A stretch of DNA of 42,163 nucleotides, from positions 1-42,163 of the forward strand of contig JBBWVS010000118.1 in assembly GCA_050256335.1 (NCBI GenBank), read 5' to 3'. This DNA comes from Gammaproteobacteria bacterium (GTDB taxonomy: Bacteria > Pseudomonadota > Gammaproteobacteria > PS1 > Pseudothioglobaceae). The notes below the pieces were generated by a model. It worked only from the letters and a program-made list of their open reading frames with translations. It was not told the origin of the DNA and made no database searches. Each line of letters starts with the position of its first letter. Positions within the stretch are counted from its first letter, which is position 1. Positions 37,211-42,163 of this stretch are shown here, in pieces. Position numbers and translations under genes: made by a program.

Positions 37211-39628
37211 TTACTCGCGCATTTTTGCGCCAGTTGGATCATACAACGGCTTCTCTACGATACTTGCCTTATGAAACACACCCAGTATTTCAACCTCAAG
37301 GCTAACATCATCAGTAATAAGCTCAATCGGCAAGTAAGTCATTGCCAGCGATTGGCCGACAAAATGCCCAAAAGCACCCGATGTAATATAGCTCACACAT
37401 TCGCCTTTGTACATAACGGCTTCATCGCCGCTGACATCCGTATCCGTTTCGATTAAAAGCACTGTCAACCTTTTCCTAGGTCCTGTTTCTTTTTCTTTGA
37501 GAGCGGCCACCTTACCAATGAAATCCCTATCCCATTTAGCAAAAAAGTCCATACCCGATTCAGCCAAAGTAAAGTCAGGTCGATAATCGGTTGTCCATAC
37601 ACCCCAGTTTTTCTCTAAACGCATCGACATTAACGCTCTTGCACCGAACCACTTGAGCCCTAAATCAGAGCCAGCACTTTCAATCTCTTCAAATAATTTC
37701 AGTTGAAATTGCGGCGCCACATATATTTCATAACCGAGCTCGCCGGTAAATGAAATACGCGTGCAAATTGCCGGCACGCCGCCAATAAAGGTTTGTCTGA
37801 CATCTCGGAATTTAAAGGTCTCGCTACTAACATCTTCATGAGTCAAGCGTGAAAGCAGCTCTCTCGATTCAGGACCGGCGATGGCGATACCGTGGTAATC
37901 GTCTGTCATGTTTTTGTAGGCAACGTCATCAATGTCTTGTAGTTTTTCGTCAAACCAGCGACGATGCATCTCCTGAACAGCACTCGAGCCGAGAAGATAG
38001 AAGGTTTCTTCATCGATGCAAGCGACGGTAAAGTCGCCAAAGAGTTTGCCACTCTCTTTTAACATTGGATTAAGAATAACGCGCCCTGGCTTAGGAATAA
38101 TGCCCGCAAGTACATGCTCTAAAAATGCCCGAGCACCCTTGCCAGTAAAGCGATGATTGGAGAAGTTTGCAATTTCAATTGCACCCACCTTTTCACGTAC
38201 CGCCATCACCTCGCCGCCGACATAGTCATGCGCTCGTGAACGGCGGAAGGTTGGCTCTTCATGCGCGCCTTCTGGGGAGTTTGCAAACCACATCGCATTT
38301 TCAAGGCCAAACGAAGCTTGCCATACCGCGCCTTTTTGGGTCAAACGATCATAAATCGCGGTGGTTTTTTGACGCCGACCTTTAGGCAGAGTCTCATTTG
38401 GAAATGTCATTACAAAACGACGCTCATAATTCTCACTGGATTTGATTACGCCCCATTGAGGGGTTGCAAACTCACCAAAACGAGCAACATCCATTGCCCA
38501 AATATCAATGGATGGCTCTCCTTCGATCATCCACTCTGCTATTGTACGACCGACACCGCCAGCCTGGCAAAAGCCAGCCATCACTCCAACGGCCACCCAA
38601 TAATTTTTCTTGCCTGGCACAGGGCCCAGCATTGGGTTGCCATCAGGCGAGAAAACAAACGGCCCATTAATGACATTTTTAATACCGGCTGTCGCCATTG
38701 CCGGTAGACGCTCGAAAGCCAGCTCTAACCGATCCGCAATACGATCCAAGTTTGGATCCAACAAATCATGACCAAAATTTAGCGGTGTGCCGTCTAACGA
38801 CCAAGGCGTTGATTGCGGCTCGTAAGTACCCAACAACATCCCTGAGCGCTCTTGACGGCAGTAAAAGTTTGCCTCATAGTCAATCGCTGACGGCAGTCTC
38901 TTGCCTTCTGGTAAGTTGGCAATTTGCTCAATTTCATCGGTAATTAAATAATGGTGCTCCATCGGCACAACGGGTAAATGCACGCCTGACATTCGGCCCA
39001 GTTCACGCGCCCATAGTCCGCCGGCATTAACAATGTACTCGGCATGGATATTGCCTTTTGCAGTAACCACGTCCCACGAACCATCGGTGCGTTGATTGGT
39101 TTCTAATACGGGCGTATGGGTATAGAATTCCGCCCCGTGAACGCGTGCAGATTTAGCGTAAGCATAAACCACACCTGAAGGATCAATATCGCAATCCAGA
39201 GGATCCCAAAGAGCGGCGATGTAATGCTCTGGGCTGATAAGAGGGTGATGCGCTACGACTTCATCAATACTGACAAATTCTTGCTCTAAGCCCATTGAGC
39301 GCGCTTTTGAGCGCTCTCTTTTTAAATAATCGTGCCAAGCGGGTGTGGAAGCTAAATAATAACCACCGGTTTCATGCAGGCCAATATTGTGCCCAGAAGT
39401 CTCTTCAATTTCTTTGTAAAGACCGATTGTATAGTCTTGCAAACGAGAGATATTAGGGTCAGAGCTAATGGTATGCACCGATCCAGCGGCGTGCCAACTC
39501 GAGCCAGATGTGAGTTCATCGCGCTCCAATAGCACCACATCTTTCCAGCCCATTTTAGCCAAATGGAATAGAATTGAACAACCCACAACACCGCCACCAA
39601 TAACAACAACTCGAGCGCTCTCTCTCAT
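37211..39628 (-). CDS. GcvT-family FAD oxidoreductase, dimethylglycine/sarcosine dehydrogenase-like
   Basis: VVIGGGVVG, LTSGSSWHAAG (covalent FAD His), NAGGLW, SPDGNP, RISFTGELGYE, MRLEK; ATG at 39628 with GAGGTG RBS. Confidence 0.92.
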   Translation of the reverse strand: MRESARVVVIGGGVVGCSILFHLAKMGWKDVVLLERDELTSGSSWHAAGSVHTISSDPNISRLQDYTIGLYKEIEETSGHNIGLHETGGYYLASTPAWHDYLKRERSKARSMGLEQEFVSIDEVVAHHPLISPEHYIAALWDPLDCDIDPSGVVYAYAKSARVHGAEFYTHTPVLETNQRTDGSWDVVTAKGNIHAEYIVNAGGLWARELGRMSGVHLPVVPMEHHYLITDEIEQIANLPEGKRLPSAIDYEANFYCRQERSGMLLGTYEPQSTPWSLDGTPLNFGHDLLDPNLDRIADRLELAFERLPAMATAGIKNVINGPFVFSPDGNPMLGPVPGKKNYWVAVGVMAGFCQAGGVGRTIAEWMIEGEPSIDIWAMDVARFGEFATPQWGVIKSSENYERRFVMTFPNETLPKGRRQKTTAIYDRLTQKGAVWQASFGLENAMWFANSPEGAHEEPTFRRSRAHDYVGGEVMAVREKVGAIEIANFSNHRFTGKGARAFLEHVLAGIIPKPGRVILNPMLKESGKLFGDFTVACIDEETFYLLGSSAVQEMHRRWFDEKLQDIDDVAYKNMTDDYHGIAIAGPESRELLSRLTHEDVSSETFKFRDVRQTFIGGVPAICTRISFTGELGYEIYVAPQFQLKLFEEIESAGSDLGLKWFGARALMSMRLEKNWGVWTTDYRPDFTLAESGMDFFAKWDRDFIGKVAALKEKETGPRKRLTVLLIETDTDVSGDEAVMYKGECVSYITSGAFGHFVGQSLAMTYLPIELITDDVSLEVEILGVFHKASIVEKPLYDPTGAKMRE

Positions 39629-39657
39629 CAAATACACCTCTTAAACTAACGCGACAA

Positions 39658-39678
39658 GACTGCAAAGTTGTTGCAGTC
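39658..39678. promoter_or_regulatory. Perfect 8-bp inverted repeat upstream of the betaine operon (operator or 5' UTR hairpin)
   Basis: GACTGCAA-AGTTG-TTGCAGTC, about 18 nt upstream of the RBS of the 39628 gene. Confidence 0.45.
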
Positions 39679-39795
39679 AAAAGAATGAGATATTAAAGTA
39701 AAGTCAACAGTTCTACTATGAAAAAATTTGATGTAAACATTTGAATATATTTATTGAAAGTTTGAGTTTACTTAATTTATCTTAGTATCAGCCAT

Positions 39796-40073
39796 TTCCT
39801 TTGTTGTTAGTTTTGCCCATTGATGGTTTTTTCGATAAAACTGATAATAATTTCAGTCCATAATTTTTGCCACTCTAACGGCCGTCGAGCGCCCTTCGGG
39901 AGTGATTCAAATTAACTGCCACGGTGTCAGTTTGAGCGGAACTCATCCGGTGATGCCTGCCGTTTCATTGAAGCAGCCGCTTTGCCACCAATGACAAAAC
40001 AACAAATGTCGGCACCACCAGCCACCATCTTAATTAAGTTTTTAATATCATCGGGCTTATTGGTAAAAACCAG
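39796..40073 (-). pseudogene. Possible decayed C-terminal fragment of a UxaA/GarD/SuyB-family dehydratase
   Basis: [29 protein letters not shown], then after frameshifts/stops AVNLNHSRRALDG and SFIEKTING/KLTTKE, resembling the recalled family C-terminus; GC-richer than the flanking intergenic DNA. Confidence 0.35.
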
Positions 40074-40080
40074 TCATTGG

Positions 40081-42033
40081 CTATTGCAACTCTTTTAAGT
40101 TGGCGAAATAATCAAGCGCCTCTGGATTCAATAACGCTTCTTTATTGTCAATTTCTTTGCCTTCAACAACGGCTTTGACGGCCAATTCGACAATTTTTCC
40201 ACTGAGCGTTCGCGGGATTTCAGGAACAGCAATAATCACCTTAGGATTATGGTGTGGTGTGGTATTTTGGCGTATTTGAGCGCGAATTTTTTGTTTTAAT
40301 TGATCGTCAAGCATCGCTCCTTCAATCAAAGTCACAAAAAGTACAATGCGCACATCGTCCTTATATTTCTGCCCAATAACCAATGCCTCGCTGACCTCAT
40401 CCACAACCTCTACTTGGCGGTATATTTCTGCCGTACCAATACGAATACCACCAGGATTGAGTGTTGTATCAGAACGTCCATGAATAACCACACCACCTCG
40501 CTCATTGATTTCAAGAAAATCACCATGGCACCAGACGCCCTCAAAGCGATCATAATAGGCTGAACGGTAGCGCTCACCCGTTGGATCATTCAAAAAACCA
40601 ATTGGCATTGAAGGAAAGGGGGCCACACACACGAGTTCGCCTTTTTTTCCAATTTGGGGATTGCCCTCACTGTCCCATGACTCCACAGCCATACCTAAGC
40701 CACGGCATTGAATTTCACCTCGATGAACTGGCAGTGTGTTTGAGCCAAGAACAAAGCAAGAGACGATATCAGTCCCTCCAGAAATTGACGAAAGACAGAT
40801 ATCTGTTTTTAAATTATCATAAACATAATCAAACGCCTCAGGAACCAATGGCGAACCCGTCGACAACAACACTCTTAAAGAAGCTAGGTCGTAACCTTCA
40901 CTGGAAATATTAGCTTTACGAAGAACATCAATGTATTTTGCCGAAACCCCCAAAATGTTAATTTTTTCAGCCTCGATTAACTCAAAAAAGCGCTGGCGCT
41001 TTGGGTAAAGGGGTGCGCCCTCGTACAATATTAAAGTAGCGCCACTGGCAAGCGCTGAGACCATCCAATTCCACATCATCCAACCGCAAGTTGTTGCATA
41101 GAAAAAACGCTCACCCGGCTTTAAGTCAAGGTGCAGGCGATGCTCTTTTAAATGCTGCAACAAAGTACCACCGACACCGTGAATAATGCACTTTGGCACA
41201 CCGGTAGTGCCCGACGAGAATAATATATAAAGTGGCTCGTTGAAGTCCAGTTGTTCAAAAATCAACTCACTGCCTTCGAACTCCTGCTGAATATCTTCAA
41301 AACAATTAGTGGTGTACAAGTCACTTGCCTCTAAATAAAGTAGCGGCATCATAATAGAGGTTTGAACACTGTCCAAAAGGCCCAACACGGCTTGGTTTTT
41401 CTCAGACATATCAAAGACTTTACCTTTGTGCAAGTATCCATCAGTCACGAATAAAACTTTTGGCTGCACTTGTGACAAGCGGTCAACAACCCCAGAAGCA
41501 CCAAAATCAGGAGAACATGATGACCATACTGCACCCAAGCTGGTTGTTGCCAGCATAGCAATAATGGTTTTTTCTGTGTTTGGTAAATAAGCCGCTACCC
41601 TGTCACCCTTAACAATGCCTTGGGTTTTTAGGTAATATGCAAGAGCTGCCACCTGCCCCTTAAGTTCGCTGTAACTGAGGCGAACGGTTTTACTATCTTC
41701 GTTAATAAAAACGATGGCCTCATTCGAGTCTTGGCCCTTTGATAACAAATTTTCTGCAAAATTCAACCTAGCCTCTGGGAAGAACTTTGCCTTAATCATG
41801 CCCTGGGCATCATTTAAAGCAACACTTCCTTTTTCACTCGCCCGCACATCGCAGTAATCCCAAAGATGGCTCCAGAACTCAGCAATATTCGTTACTGAAT
41901 ACTGGTAAAGCTGTTGATAGTCTAAGAGTTGTTTAACACCAGTTGCATTGACATAGTGCCAAAAATCGCACATCTGAGACGCCTTTATTGCCGATTCGCT
42001 CGGCTGCCACAGCAGGCTATTTTCTTTTTTCAT
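40081..42033 (-). CDS. Acetoacetate--CoA ligase (acetoacetyl-CoA synthetase)
   Basis: LWQPS, LNFAEN, WSSCSPDFG, ILFSSGTTGVPKCIIH, GWMMWNW, SISGGTD, HGRSDTTLNPGGIRIG, SGKIVE; ATG at 42033 preferred. Confidence 0.93.
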   Translation of the reverse strand: MKKENSLLWQPSESAIKASQMCDFWHYVNATGVKQLLDYQQLYQYSVTNIAEFWSHLWDYCDVRASEKGSVALNDAQGMIKAKFFPEARLNFAENLLSKGQDSNEAIVFINEDSKTVRLSYSELKGQVAALAYYLKTQGIVKGDRVAAYLPNTEKTIIAMLATTSLGAVWSSCSPDFGASGVVDRLSQVQPKVLFVTDGYLHKGKVFDMSEKNQAVLGLLDSVQTSIMMPLLYLEASDLYTTNCFEDIQQEFEGSELIFEQLDFNEPLYILFSSGTTGVPKCIIHGVGGTLLQHLKEHRLHLDLKPGERFFYATTCGWMMWNWMVSALASGATLILYEGAPLYPKRQRFFELIEAEKINILGVSAKYIDVLRKANISSEGYDLASLRVLLSTGSPLVPEAFDYVYDNLKTDICLSSISGGTDIVSCFVLGSNTLPVHRGEIQCRGLGMAVESWDSEGNPQIGKKGELVCVAPFPSMPIGFLNDPTGERYRSAYYDRFEGVWCHGDFLEINERGGVVIHGRSDTTLNPGGIRIGTAEIYRQVEVVDEVSEALVIGQKYKDDVRIVLFVTLIEGAMLDDQLKQKIRAQIRQNTTPHHNPKVIIAVPEIPRTLSGKIVELAVKAVVEGKEIDNKEALLNPEALDYFANLKELQ

Positions 42034-42163
42034 TAAAAGGTGCAAACATTCAACAACAATAGGGGGTGATGTTACCCACAGACCTTAGTCTTGATTACTT
42101 TATTTCACCCTCTGTTAAACAAAAAACGAATACAAATTCCTAGGCTATTTGGGCAGCCTTCTC

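Noticed and set aside
39823-39836. ATGG-N6-CGAT as a further LysR box
   Set aside because: Mismatched half-site, wrong spacing, lacks the conserved downstream block and lies inside the putative gene relic.
42140-42163. 3' end of an upstream minus-strand gene (EKAAQIA*)
   Set aside because: Only seven codons are visible, too little to support a feature.

Overview
Bacterial chromosomal window, probably from a marine Gammaproteobacterium (inferred from protein families, not proven), almost entirely devoted to catabolism of methylated nitrogen/sulfur osmolytes and glycine/C1 units. Left to right it holds: (i) a minus-strand operon oxoprolinase - creatinase/DoeA-like M24 hydrolase - MarR-type regulator - DUF1989 - GMC oxidoreductase (truncated by the window edge); (ii) three tandem EamA/DMT transporter paralogs; (iii) gcvT-gcvH-gcvP-gcvR; (iv) a divergent LysR module: class II aldolase - BesD/HalD-family Fe(II)/2OG dioxygenase - beta-hydroxyacid dehydrogenase - GhrA - divergent DddP-like protein on one side, and enolase-superfamily enzyme - FrhB-family Fe-S flavoprotein - collapsed sdaA remnant on the other, all sharing a conserved ATCG-N7-CGAT promoter box that also lies before the transporters; (v) a GntR-linked operon ALDH - atypical M19 amidohydrolase - 565 aa unknown - DUF3726 - Ldh_2 reductase; (vi) an operon DMGDH-like - non-pyrrolysine MttB - DddP - MDR oxidoreductase - HpbD (hydroxyproline-betaine epimerase) - second enolase; (vii) acetoacetyl-CoA synthetase. 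No rRNA, tRNA, CRISPR array or intact mobile element was seen. Several intergenic regions hide decayed gene remnants (sdaA, a second mttB, possibly a UxaA-family gene) that the ORF track misses. The best candidates for undescribed biology are the LysR-controlled hydroxylase/aldolase/DddP-like module and the MttB+DddP+HpbD betaine operon. All functional calls come from motif recognition and recalled family sequences; no searches were run.
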